From positions 1 to 50,580 of the forward strand of contig MQRK01208805.1 in NCBI GenBank assembly GCA_001938485.1: DNA of 50,580 nt, given 5' to 3'. Below, in pieces: positions 38,621 through 50,580 of this stretch (position 1 is its first letter; each line of letters begins with the position of its first letter). The notes below the pieces were generated by a model that saw only the letters and a list, made by a program, of their open reading frames with translations, was not told where the DNA came from and made no database searches. The position numbers were made by a program, and so were the translations under genes. Source of the stretch: Girardia tigrina (Eukaryota).

Positions 38621-39848
38621 ATTTCGACCAAACAGATATAATGTTAGACGTACATGGTCCGTAATAAGTATGGGGTTTTATGTTTCCAAATATCTTTCTA
38701 TAGAATGTAGTCTAAAGTAAATGATATTTTATATTTCAAGCAATCATATGAATGGTAATAGAACGCTACGAGAAGGATGCAAAGTCACCACCACGCAAGA
38801 CAATGCATGCCTTAAGTCTGTTTCTCTTTTAAGAAACGTCTGATGTAAAACTTGGTAATGTGCAATAATTTTACTAAAATTCCATTTACATCAAAAAGTT
38901 TTCTTTCGTAGGCGTATTTCTTCACGCATTGAAAACATTTGTTTTATTCTTTCATTTGGTGTTTGAATACTGTTGTAAGGAATATTTGGAATTTTTATGT
39001 TTGTGTCGTTTGAATTTTTGAATGTGTGTGTTTATTTGGGATTGTCTCTCCTACTCAGATGGCTGATCAATATTTTAATTCTTATAATCTGAAACTAGAT
39101 TATTCAAATTTACATTTAATATTCAAATTTTTAATTTATCATTATTGAAAATTTTAAATGATTTTATTAATTTTATTTTAACTAATAACATTTGTAGTAA
39201 ATATTTTAAATAGAATATATATATTCAAATTAGTACAGATTTTGGGATGAGAAGTATTAACAATTGATTGATGATTGGCGAAAGCACTACTACGGATTTT
39301 AACAAATGTGTGAGTTCTCTTAGCAACTATGAAATGAATAGATTTGCGGATACTCGCTTTCGAAAAAGACTACCAAAATCACACTTATGTGATTTCCAGA
39401 GATACCAATAATAAATAAATAAGTATTTTGATAGAAAATTTATCTGCATTTGCAGACATGATAATACCAATATAATTTTAAATACCTCTTAAGGCAGACA
39501 TGCAACTAAAAAACGCTTGAAAATTACTTCAAATTAAGTCATGACCACGAATGTGTGAATTTATATTCAAATCTAGTTCTCAACTTTTCTGCTAAAAATC
39601 TTCAAAAGGTGTTGTTTCATTTTCTTTGTAATTCGATTGTGCATTTCGTTTTGAAATTTTCTTTGAATAAATCATAATTTTCCGTTTCGAAAATCGACTC
39701 CATCTTTAAATCGTGCTCTCGCGGCACCTCTGACAAAATATTCTCTCAATAACTCAATAATCCTCGTTTGATTGATTTAATTTGTTTTTGTGGCACAATA
39801 AGTTTTTTAAGATTTTTTTTAAAATTTTTTATACTTTTAAGAAAAAAT

Positions 39849-39852
<4 letters not shown>

Positions 39853-39885
<33 letters not shown>
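39853..39885. repeat. (TA)n microsatellite
   Basis: Direct inspection. Confidence 0.98.
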
Positions 39886-39888
<3 letters not shown>

Positions 39889-40504
39889 CAATTCGTAACA
39901 AAAATACAATGATGATATTATGGATTGCTTATTTATTACGTTGTTATAAAACTGCGAAGCTAATGTTAATTTAGTCTGAAAATTGCAAAAATAGATAATC
40001 CGCAAAAATTAATTACTCAAATATTTTTTAATTAATTCTGATTTTTGTTACACTGATGTTGAGTCATTTTTGAATTTTTATTATTAAGTAAATTAACTTT
40101 TGCATTGCACTACTTCAAGTTTTACATTTATACTTTAATCTCTGAAGTGGCTGTTGTAATTCCTCTTGAGTTATTTCCTGCCTTATCTCTTGGTGTGACT
40201 CATTCATTTGCATTTAGAATTACTGTTTTAATGATTAAATAAACATTGAAAAATATTAAATTATTATCGAAAAGGAATAAATTACTATTGAAAATAATTA
40301 TAAAATCAAACTTTGTGTCATTGAAAAAGTGCCTAAAATTCGAATTTAGAGGGGCCCTACTGAAGTCGGAATTGTTCTTACGACAATTATATTTGTGCTG
40401 TTGACAGAATAAATCAAGCATTATTCACGGAACTCAGAATTTATTAATAACAGATTATATAAATTTATTAACAATATTTAAATTTATCATTGTTCAATTT
40501 TCAG

Positions 40505-40733
40505 GATGGAAAAGATTTTATCGATGGAAATGACGAAAGCGATGATAATAATAACGTATTTATGCCAAATGGGTCCAATAGATTTAGATCGGTTAGGCGC
40601 ATTTACTTTATTAAAGGTTGTGTTAAGGCGCTTATTTTAGCTCTCGGGGAATGTGTCTCAGCTTCATTTAGATTTAGTGAAGAAAGAGAATGTGGATTTT
40701 GCCAAAGAAAGAAGACCCAGTTGCCCAACTGTT
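40505..40733 (+). CDS. host gene exons D-E (40505-40591, 40641-40733)
   Basis: TTTCAG acceptor, 49-bp GT-AG intron, GTAAG donor, all phase 0: DGKDFIDGNDESDDNNNVFMPNGSNRFRS|LSGNVSQLHLDLVKKENVDFAKERRPSCPTV. Confidence 0.75.
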
Positions 40734-40868
40734 GTAAGCTCTGAGTATTATTTTTTTTGTATTATTTTACATGTTTAAATTGTTTTTAAGTGTATATACC
40801 AATTTAAAAAGTTTAAAAATGATTTTTCAATTATATAATATATGTATTTTGTATATTATTTATTTGTT

Positions 40869-41419
40869 ACAATAAAACCTCTCATAAAATGAGTTATTTG
40901 GGACCGAGAAAACTACCTCTCTATAAGAAAAGTTGCTCATAGAGAGGGAATGAATATAAATTAAATTAATGAATAATAGAAAAAATAATGCTTTGAATCT
41001 GTTTTAATTTTCAATTTATCAAATAAATACAAAATTGTTTAAAAAATTCGTTTATTAATCTCATTGTTTAACATATTTTCTACTTTGAAAAGTTCAGTAG
41101 CTATATCAGGATTGATCTCATACAATTTGTTTTTTTAAAGCAACAAGTTCCACTTTAAGCTGTTTTAATTGATCGGTTTTTTAATCGCAACTATTTTTAT
41201 TTATACTTTCGTTTTCTGTGATTAATGTCTCATCAATAAGTTCTTTTGTATAAAGTATCATTAAATTATCTTTCGAATCACACTCGATAAACCCGCCTAA
41301 TAGTTTATGAGTTGTCTCTGGTGCAGTGGAAGAAATTGCTTAAATAATTCTTACAAGATTATCTGTTTCGTTTTCAAATGAATTCGTTCTTGTTGGTTCA
41401 TTTTCTTGAATTCCATTAC
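40869..41419 (-). mobile_element. probable Tigger/pogo 3' end remnant
   Basis: TACAATAAAACCTCTC...TTGGGACC terminus resembles Tigger TIR/subterminal sequence. Confidence 0.4.
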
Positions 41420-41421
41420 TA

Positions 41422-42400
41422 TTAAGGTGAAACAAAAGTCTTTTCGTATTTTTTATTAAAAATTTAAACATAATTTTACAACAAATAAAAAAAACATTTA
41501 AGGGTCAAAGTAAAGGCCATTTGAATCTATAGCTTGAACCCATCTATGTCAAGTTGTGCGATCCCGCTGCGGTACCAATCCTTGTTCTTAGAAGCGAAGA
41601 ACTGGTGACACCCGTTTTCGACCTCGGCTAGATTATTGCAGCTGCGACCTCGAAGAAAGTGTGCCATAGAGCGGAAAAGGTGATAGTCGGATGGCGCAAG
41701 ATCCGGACTATACGCTGGGTGTGGAAGAAGTTCAAAGTCGTCGAGATTTTTGATTTTTTCCTTTGTTTGTTTGGCGGTATGCGGTTTTGCATTGTCCTGT
41801 TGTAGAAGAACTCGCTTTCGATTGATCAAAGCGGGGTATTTCTCGCCAAGTACCGCATACATTCGATCAAGTTGGGCGCAGTAAAGGTCAGCGTCGATGG
41901 TACGACCATTTGGAACCAGCTCGAAGTGAATCACGCCTTCGAAATTCCACCAAACACACAAAAGTGCCTTCCTTGAGAAACGATATCGTTTCGCTACCGG
42001 TTTTGCCATTTGTCCGGGGTCCAACCATTGATTTTATTGGTCTGAATTACTGAAGTAAACCCACTTTTCACTTATTGATGAATTTGTCTTGACAGCTTCA
42101 CGAATTGCTCCGGAATCTACGGTGATAGGTCAGCCTGAACGTGCATTGTCTCCGAGGTCAATGTTGCCTTCGTTGAACCTTTTGAACCAATTTTGTGCAG
42201 TACGATTTGAGGCCACATTATCGCCTTCAACTTCGCATATGTTCTTTGTTGCTACATTTGCGTTTAAGCCCTGTTTCCAGTAATGGCGTAAAAAAACACA
42301 AATTTCAAAATTTTCCATGATTTTTCTAAAAGACCATAAAAATTATATTAACGACTAATTAGAAGTTTGAATATATATTGTGATAGAGCAGGTCTCACAA
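41422..42400 (-). mobile_element. mariner (DD34D) transposon, internally deleted
   Basis: 3' TIR TTAAGGTGAAACAAAAGTC after TA (41420-21); MENFEICVFLRHYWKQG..RSG*P..; KALLCVWWNFEGVIHFEL..QQDNAKPH..HPAYSPDLAPSDYHLFRSM..NGLYFD. Confidence 0.95.
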
Positions 42401-42574
42401 CTTCCTTTGAAATTTTTTTTATTGAAATGCATTTTTTTATGTTTTTCGGGGTCAAATTGAAAAGTATTCTATAAATTGTTTCATTTGTCTTAGGTTTTGT
42501 TTTTGGAATTTTTAAAATTTTTTATTTAAAGTGCTTTCGATTGGAGTTAAGCATTCATCCTTACAAGTCTCTCA

Positions 42575-42780
42575 ACCCGACCTGATTTTATTATAATGCG
42601 ACCCGATCCGACCGACTGTATTTTATAACAACCCGAATTAGCCCGAATGTAAACTTTGTGATAAATCGGATATTTTTCAATCCGAATTAAACCCGATTTT
42701 CTGAACTGTAACCTGAACCTGATCCGACCCGAGGTACCAAATCCTAACCCGCCCGAACTTGACCCGATATCGAGTTGGGG
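42575..42780. repeat. ACCCGA/CCCGAA-rich subterminal repeat, probable hAT MITE fragment
   Basis: Multiple dispersed ACCCGAC/ACCCGAA motifs. Confidence 0.55.
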
Positions 42781-43129
42781 AAAAAATACTTAAGTTGCGT
42801 TGTCTTCTGGTATCGCGTTCACCGTTTGATTTATTTCTTCTGATTGTCTGGACTGATTGGTTCTGCTTGGTAATATTTGGAATAATTGTTCTTCTTCAAT
42901 TTTTTGCACCGATTTGAGATGTCTGATGAGCCATCCTTTGGTCTTGTAGTTTTTTCAGCATATATAGCAATTGGATCCTTTTGGCTCTTCTTCTTGACAG
43001 ACTCATGGTCTATGATCTTGTTTCTCGTGTCGATTCAATTCTTTCTGCTCCGCGAATTCCCTGAATTCTCTCACGCTTTAATCGGATTTTTTAGTTGACG
43101 ATCTCTTGGACGTTGAAAACCTTATCGGA

Positions 43130-43870
43130 CTATCAGAATAGAATATTTCCTTAGAAGCAATGCCAGAAGTAGAAGAAGTTGGACCAATATGCGGTATGAA
43201 GCAAGATTTAAGCATATGTAAATAATTTTGTCATTGACTTTTTTATGAAAAATGATTGAACCATAAACTCGTGACATGGAAACACCAATCCAAACATTCA
43301 CTTATGGACTGGAGTGAGATTGTGGAATATTTTCTTCGGGAGCTTTAGTTTCCCAAATTCTATAGTTGTGCCGATTAAAAAATACATTTACGTGAAACGT
43401 TGCTTAATCAGAGCAAATGAGGTTTCCAAGAAATCATGGATCGTTGTCAATCTGATTAATTTACGTCTCACACATTGCGGTTTTTTCAGAAAAATCTTCG
43501 TCATGCAGATGATGGAGCATTTAAATCCTGTATGAGTAAAGTTTAAGATTTTCCATAGAACATTGTGCATTATTTTAATACTGCATTCAACGCCCTCAGC
43601 TGCTTTTCTTACCGATGTATTAGGATATTTTTCATAAATTTAAAAAATTGTTACAATTTTTTCGTCGTCAATGGATGACCTTCCTGACTTCTGAAAATCT
43701 TAAATACTACCAATTTCTTTAATCTTTGACAAAATGATTCTCATAGTCTTCTGAGTAGGTATATTTTCCCATTTTAACGTTTGTAAATGCCTTCGAATCA
43801 AAGTTATTGATTTCAACTTTACCATCAGCCACACCATATCTACGCGTTCATTAATGGAGAGCAAAATCCA
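43130..43870 (-). mobile_element. Tc1/mariner DUF4817-type (DD41D/DD37D-like) transposase remnant
   Basis: LSINERVDMV..KSGRSS..YPNTSVRKAA..FLGNLICSD*ATFHVN..NRHNYRIW (FSDEATFHL.G.VN.HN.RIW motif). Confidence 0.8.
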
Positions 43871-44019
43871 AATTTATATTACAGCTATAAAAATATAGCA
43901 GGCATTACTTTAGTAAAACAAATGTACACAAATGTAATTTAAGGAATTATTTTTTCGTATAAAATAAAAACGATTAAATCATATTTATTTATATTTGTTA
44001 AGCAGAACTTTACAATACG

Positions 44020-45500
44020 GTAGTTAAGCCTCCCCCGACTGTTACGGATAACGTTGTATTACAAATAATACTCAGCATTGGTGCACAGGGTTGTGAATCA
44101 TAGACTCTGTATTGGATAGAAACCATTTGACAAATACAAAGTTTTCTGATCCTCTCACGCGGCTTCAGATGCAAGAGTGCGAGCTTTCAATGCACGAGCA
44201 CGTTTCGGCTTCCCTCTGAGAAATGACCAGTCATGTTCCTTCGTTCCATGATTCTAGAGACTTCTAGCTGTATAAACGCACTTAGTGCAACGGGGAAATG
44301 TGCAATCAAACATTCCATTATTCGTTATATTATCCAGCCGAAAATTCAGCACCACACTAGGGATTACTCTTGGACAGTCCTTATCAGTTACACCGACAGA
44401 CACTGGCATATCATGTTCCGCGTTCAAGTTCAAAGGTCCAGTACGTCTTTCTGTTTCTTCTCTTTGTACTACTTGGATGTTCGTAGTACCATTACATTGG
44501 ATTCGATGATCAATTAATAAATGCCGTTGTAGCCATCCATTAGTTTTATAGGTTTTGTGGCAGTTCTCCATGGGACATATGAATGAACCACCACCTCTCT
44601 GTGCCGTCAGCACCGTGGCCAGATGCATATTTTTAATGTGTCTTGTGAGTTACTTCTGCTCAGTAAATTCTTTAAAGCAAGAAGGGAATGTGCAAGCTAA
44701 TATTTTGATGCGGGACTGAAACATTTTCGGATATTCTTTCTCGTGCTCGACTGCCTCTTTCAGTCGCTCAGATATGGTTCCTTTGATCAGGCGTTTAAAT
44801 TCCTCATCGATAGTTACTTTTTACCCACCCTGTATATCAAGATAGATGATAAATTCTGAAAGTGCTCCTGAGAATTGTTTTAATGACAGTTTTGTTTGCC
44901 CTATAAATAAATGTTAATAATAATGTTTTAAAATATACGAATATTCTTGTGATGAAATTTTTCCATAGTTTAAAAATATTTTGTCCAGTAAAAGTTTTTA
45001 TTTATTTTGGAAATGCTTTTTTGTGAACTCCAATTTTAATATAATATCCAATAAACAATGGCAGTCGTTTGCAGATACCTGAAACTTCACGGATTTTTAC
45101 ATTTTGAGAAAATTATTGACAATATTAGTCGCTGAAGTTCTCGCGTCATGACCCATAGAGACGCCGGGATTTAGTATCCTATTCTCTTTCCTGTTTCATG
45201 ACTAGTCTTAATCATGTGTTGCAAAAGCAAACCAGGGTACATCTGGTTGAATCGAGTTATCATATCCTTTTAATGTAGATTCTTCCGTTAATATAATTGT
45301 TCCTTTGTGACTGAGTTTCGATAAAGAAAAAAGCATTCTAGGTTAGACAACTGAACCAAGTACCCTGGAACTACTAACAGCCTCCAATCCAACCTCGGCC
45401 TTTCCAATTAAACTGACACGTCTTTGTTTTGTTTGATGCATCTTCCCGACACTCTGCAATCAGGAATTTGATGCGCTCTCTCGATTGCTCAAATTGCTGC
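44020..45500 (-). mobile_element. RTE-like LINE 3' part with three C-terminal C2H2 zinc fingers
   Basis: KTK..LEAVSSSRVLGSVV (~45340-45430); DEEFKRLIKG; CTFPSCFKEF..LTRHIKNMH; CPMENCHKTYKTNGWLQRHLLIDH; CTFPRCTK..SL*NHGTKEH. Confidence 0.6.
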
Positions 45501-45969
45501 AGCAAAATAAATTGAACCTCTGACATAACTAAAGTACAATCTTTACCATCCGAATCTGTCGGAAGTGATCCAACTATTGAACCTTGACAAAATCGATCAT
45601 TTCGAATTACAATAATCAGTTAGTTTTATCTTCGATTATCAGTAAAATTAATCAACATCCAACGATAATTATCATCAAAATTGGCTGAGTTCTCTGATTC
45701 TGTTGCAGCTAACGTGTGATACTCGGCCGCCTGATTGTCACGTCCACGTAAGCTATTTTAACCTATTTCACAACAAATCGAAATGTTTTCAAAAATGTAT
45801 TTTAACCAAAAAGTACAATCTCCCATCAAAACGCAAATCCACTTCTGATCACGGAGACATTTAATCTAAATCAACTCTAAATTTTAAAATCAAAAACTTT
45901 AAATAACGTTACTACCACTATATGTTTTTACGATACTTATATCGTGATCATAAAAGTAATTTGTTTCAG

Positions 45970-46290
45970 CCAACGGCCTGCGACTGTGACATCCGACGAC
46001 AGGACTTGATTGTCGATGTAATTAACGCCATCATAAAGAAAACAAGTGATCATAAGCAAAAGGAAATTGAATATTTTAATAAAACCACTGGTCATTTTAA
46101 TGATTGCGAAAGAGGAAAGAACTTTGTTGAAAATACTATTTCTGAGTCAAAAAATAGTTGGAGACATTCAGAAATCAGTCTTTGTAGCTCAGTCCAGTGC
46201 AATCTTTGTGAAAGTGAAGAGAGGAGTCTAAATGACGACTTGAATCGTCTTTTAATTCCGGACTATGATCAGTTTGAAAATGAGGATGAG
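45970..46290 (+). CDS. host gene exon F, containing a BH3-like helix
   Basis: TTTCAG acceptor, GTGAGT donor, phase 0/0, 107 open codons; DLIVDVINAIIKKTSDHKQKEI. Confidence 0.85.
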
Positions 46291-47066
46291 GTGAGTTATG
46301 AATTATAATTATTAAATAATGTGACCTCCTTCAAAAGTTCTTTTAGACTTAGTTGTCACCGATTAAAATGTTCATAATCATGCAACGACAACTGTGAGCT
46401 TCTTGATATTTGTACGTAAACTCAGTCATAAAAGAATATCGATCTTATAAATAGAAATAAATTTTGTTCTAGAAATATTTTAAAATTCTGTGTGTTCAGT
46501 TTAATAATTATTGAGAGTGTGAGGAATGTTCTGAATTGTTTTGTATTTATATTTATAAAAATTTATAAAACAAATGCATTTAAATTATACAAATTCGAGA
46601 TATACGTGCAAATTTAACAAAATTTTGCGTAAATTTGCTTCGAGATATCCGTGTTTTCGAGATAGCCGATTAAAAAAATAAAGAAACAATATAGGAAAAA
46701 CTTGGGACCAGAAAATGTCTTCGAGATAAACGAGTTCCAATTGCATTTATACAAATATTAATTATACAAAATAAAAATTATACAAATAATTAACTAATTT
46801 GAAAATTATTTAAACCTCTAAAATGTCTTTAATTAAAAAAATTAACCATGCTTTTTTTAATTTTTGAAAATATTACTTATATTAGAAATGACCCTGTATG
46901 ATTACTTTTTAAATTTAAATTTTATCGGATTATTAAATTCTCATTAATTTTAAAAATGTAAATTCTGTTCGAATGATCAGTTATCGCAAATATAATAAAG
47001 CACAAATTTTCCAACTGGATGCAAGAATCACAATTCCGATTTCAGCACAATCAAATAAACACAATG

Positions 47067-48675
47067 TAGTGAAACCTCCCCATAAGGTACACCCAATATA
47101 AGATACAGCTCCATATAAGGTACGGAAATATTTTTTTGTATTTCACTACATAAAATGACTTGGAATCCTCTCTACATTGGATACACCACCATAAGGTACA
47201 GTTTTAATAAGAAAATCAGTAAGATTTTGTTATTATAACTCTTGTTTTTTATTTTAAAAATCATTTTAAATAATTATTAAAAATAATTTGTTTAAATAAT
47301 ATTTATTTAAAAGCATTTTTTTAATTTTAAAAATATCCGGGGGTCACACGTAAGATTGACCTTTTTAACACCAATAAAAATGAGTAATTCCTCGAAAAAG
47401 AATGAAAGAAAAAAGATAGATTTGAAAACAAAGATAAAAATCATACAATTTGTCGAGAAAGGAAACAGTATAATGTTTGCTGCAAAGAATTCGCTGTGTC
47501 GAAAGGCACAGTTCAAAAAGCATTGAAAAAGAAAGAAATTATATTGCAAGAGCTAGAGTCGGGAAGGTCGCTAAAAATAAACAAGAATAATTAAACAAAG
47601 TGTCGAGAACATTAATTGATCCTGAAAATAAACTAACAAATATTAAATAAAATGTTTCCCACCTAATGTAACCAGTGTGTTACAACCACTCGATGCTGGT
47701 ATCATAAGGAGTTTAAAGGCATATTTAGAAAGTATCAGATTTTAACTTTATTAGAAAAAATTCAAGATAAAGTACATGTATCTGAACTCGCTAAGAAAAT
47801 GAATATTTTTGATGAGATTAAATTTTTTCTAGTGCTTGGAACGATATAAAGCCTGAAACTATACAGAAGTGCTTTAAAAATTGTGGATTTTTAAAAAATA
47901 CTGATATCGCTAATTATGATTTAAATGAAATAGAAAATCAAGTGAATGAACTTGCCGAGATAGCAGAAAATATTGGGATACAAGATAAAAATTTGATATT
48001 CGAAAAAATTATACCAGAATTTGAAATGCAGGCGGTTGAAGATTTACGCGACGCTATAATTGAAGAGTTTTATGATGATTATCCTATTGAAGAAGATGAT
48101 GTGATCGAACCCGAGAATGTGGAAATAAATAATAATATCATAGGAATTTAAATATCTAATGACGAGGCAATAAATTAATAACTAAATTATAAACATAATT
48201 ATAAATTTGACGAAATTAATAACTTATGGAAAAGAAAAACATATGTATGAAGAGGAATTAAATTTGTTAAAAATGAAACATGATGTTATTTCTCAACATA
48301 AGAAGAATTTTAAACAAAAATTAATTACAGATTTTTGTTATATAAAAATAAATGTTGATTGATACTTTAATTGTTCCATTTTATTTTAAAATTTTACATC
48401 TTTTCTCTAAGCGTTTTTAAAAAAATGTATTACTGTCATTTGGTGAAATTTATTTATATTCCAAAAAAATATCACGTGATTTTCTTGTAAAATTTAATAA
48501 TTAGTAAACATAATATTTTTGATCGATAATTTTATTTCACATTGCTTTTTATTTCTAGAAAAAATTGCACCAAAAACTTTATTTTACATTCTATATAAGG
48601 TACACAACCTCATAAGGTACATTTTCAAAATATTTTCTTGACAAATAGGGTGTACCTTATGGGGAGGTTTCACTG
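47067..48675 (+). mobile_element. Tigger/pogo element, internally deleted (~1.6 kb)
   Basis: 27-bp TIRs AGTGAAACCTCCCCATAAGGTACACCC; CENP-B-like HTH (RKKIDLKTKIKII..SKGTVQKALK); PPNVTSVLQPLDAGIIRSLK; AWNDIKPETIQKCF..CGF; KQKLITDF. Confidence 0.95.
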
Positions 48676-50014
48676 TACATTCATACACAATTTTAAATAG
48701 TCCTGACACATTTAGTTATCATTTGCTCACAGAATTCTCATTTCTCTCCAAACATATCTTTCTTATTTCATAAAGAATCACATAAACGTATAATATTCTC
48801 AAATCTAAATGATATTTTCATGATGTGATGCATGGGAACAGAGTAGAAACAGTATGATTGCTAAGTTTGAATATTAAAATGTCGGTTACAGTCTTCCAGA
48901 TTGTTCCACCTGAGATGTTTTCACAGCTCCGTCTTATTTTTCGAAAATAGATGTTTTTAAAAACACCAATATGACTTTTAACATTTTTATTATAACAACA
49001 AGTTTGATTGTCCTCAGGACAATCTTTGTTAAAAGTTTCGTACGATTGCATCAGTCTATTAATCAATGACTTTAATCTTATTATCTGAGCAAATGGAGAA
49101 CTAAATAAATTATTAAAATATTTACTCAAAAGTTATTGGATAAAAATTAAAATGATTAAAAATTAAAATTAGGAATAAATATAAACATTACATATTTTCA
49201 GATAATTAGAATTAAAATATTAATCAGCCATCTGGGTAGAAGTGACACAATTCCAAATCAACATACAACATTCGAACAAAATATCAAACTTTCAAAATAT
49301 TCCTCACAGCTTTGAAGAAGACTATGAGAGATTTTCTTCAGTGCCTTTAATTTTGACGTTAAAAATGATTTCCACGTACATGAACTTAACACGAGTCTGC
49401 TGGCCGTGAAACAAAAGTTTGTTCTTACGTTCGTTTCTACAACTATTTCACTGTTAAGAAATTGTATGGGACTTGGTAATTTACTGGTTCCTCTGCTCTT
49501 TGTAGAGCCACAACAATCATTTGATCTTTAAGGCTGTTAAAATAGTATTGTACCGTTTTTTTACGATTCACACGGCGTTGATATACGTAGTTCCAAAAGG
49601 TCGCTTGTTTCAATGACTTTCATATTTATATTAAGTATCGTTTCGGCAATCGTCGGCTCCAGATTCTGCCTGTGAAACACGAATTTCTGTTTCTAGGAAG
49701 TTTGTAGGTGATATTCTACCATTTTACACCCATAATAGTTTTGAATTTCAATAGAAAAAGTAGAAAAAGAATGACATTTATAAATTCTAAAAAATGAAAT
49801 TGTTCTTATAAAAAATAAAATAATTGAATTTTACTCTAAACATATAACACCGATTTTGAACAATATCTTTATTTCCATCTTTCTTTCAATGTTTTATATA
49901 TTAAAGCCCTATAGCAAATGTTGTCGTTTATTATTTGTTTGGTTCTTTTAAATTATAAGATTTATAATTAATGTAAAAGTTTAAAATAATAATTTTAATG
50001 AATAATGTTCCTAG

Positions 50015-50410
50015 ATTTCCAAAGAATTTCTGGAGTACTGCGCTCATGCTTCGTGTTATAAGCATTTTGAGAAGGCCATCAAAATGGTAATCGGTACACA
50101 GTGTACCAAAAGAAGCCTGGCCTACTTACATTACCTTACCAGACGTATCGTGAGGCATATCGGCGATCCCAGCGACAACGAAAACGAAAAAATAAAAAAG
50201 GTTTTGAAACATGCGGATCGGTTTTATAAGGATTATTATCACGATCATATTAAAAATGTTCATAAAACTTTGGTAATTAGATTTTTAATTACAAATTTTA
50301 TTGATTATTAATGAAATCAGTATCCTCTTCTGACACTCGAGACTAACTTTAATAAATATATGTTATTCTTTAGAATAAGGAATAAGATAGGAATTATATT
50401 AGCAACATGA
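50015..50410 (+). CDS. host gene exon G (50015-50272) and probable last exon H (50321-50410); Bcl-2-like helical core
   Basis: CTAG acceptor, GTAATT donor, 48-bp intron, stop TGA at 50408-50410; CYKHFEKAIKMVIGTQCTKRSLAYLHYLTRRIVRHIG..KVLKHADRFYKDYYHDHIKN. Confidence 0.8.
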
Positions 50411-50541
50411 CACAAATTGAGGCTTTCTTACTGTTGAATGAATGTTTAATAATAATAAGTTTATGAAAGGGCTATACATAAATCAATGCTTCTTCCATGG
50501 CGATCATAAATGGAATCTCTTTATCGGTAAAATAATATGCT

Positions 50542-50544
<3 letters not shown>

Positions 50545-50580
<36 letters not shown>
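50545..50580. repeat. (TA)n microsatellite
   Basis: Direct inspection. Confidence 0.98.

Noticed and set aside
46347-46415. Extra exon after a 56-bp intron
   Set aside because: Both candidate acceptors give in-frame stops in the required phase

Overview
Very AT-rich eukaryotic (animal) genomic DNA with several N gaps, dominated by decayed transposable elements. These include three mariners, a DUF4817/DD41D-like Tc1/mariner, Tigger/pogo, piggyBac, hAT, MULE, Gypsy, RTE LINEs and a Penelope-like element with a hammerhead ribozyme, plus two minisatellite arrays. The mix of ~46-52 bp introns, high AT and this TE repertoire suggests an invertebrate such as a triclad flatworm (inference only). The main non-TE result is a plus-strand multi-exon host gene that the ORF track shows only in fragments. 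Eight GT-AG exons between 32513 and 50410 splice into one open frame of ~538 aa (5' end not found), whose C-terminal part resembles a very divergent Bcl-2-family (Bcl-G/BCL2L14-like) domain. Other notable items are a 21-bp tandem repeat built from RFX X-box motifs next to a CCAAT box, a Penelope copy with an inverted pLTR and hammerhead in (TA)n, a filled/empty site pair for an Hsmar1-like mariner, and a candidate 3.8-kb solo LTR. No prokaryotic features, CRISPR, rRNA or tRNA were found. All family calls come from motif recognition by eye, not database searches.
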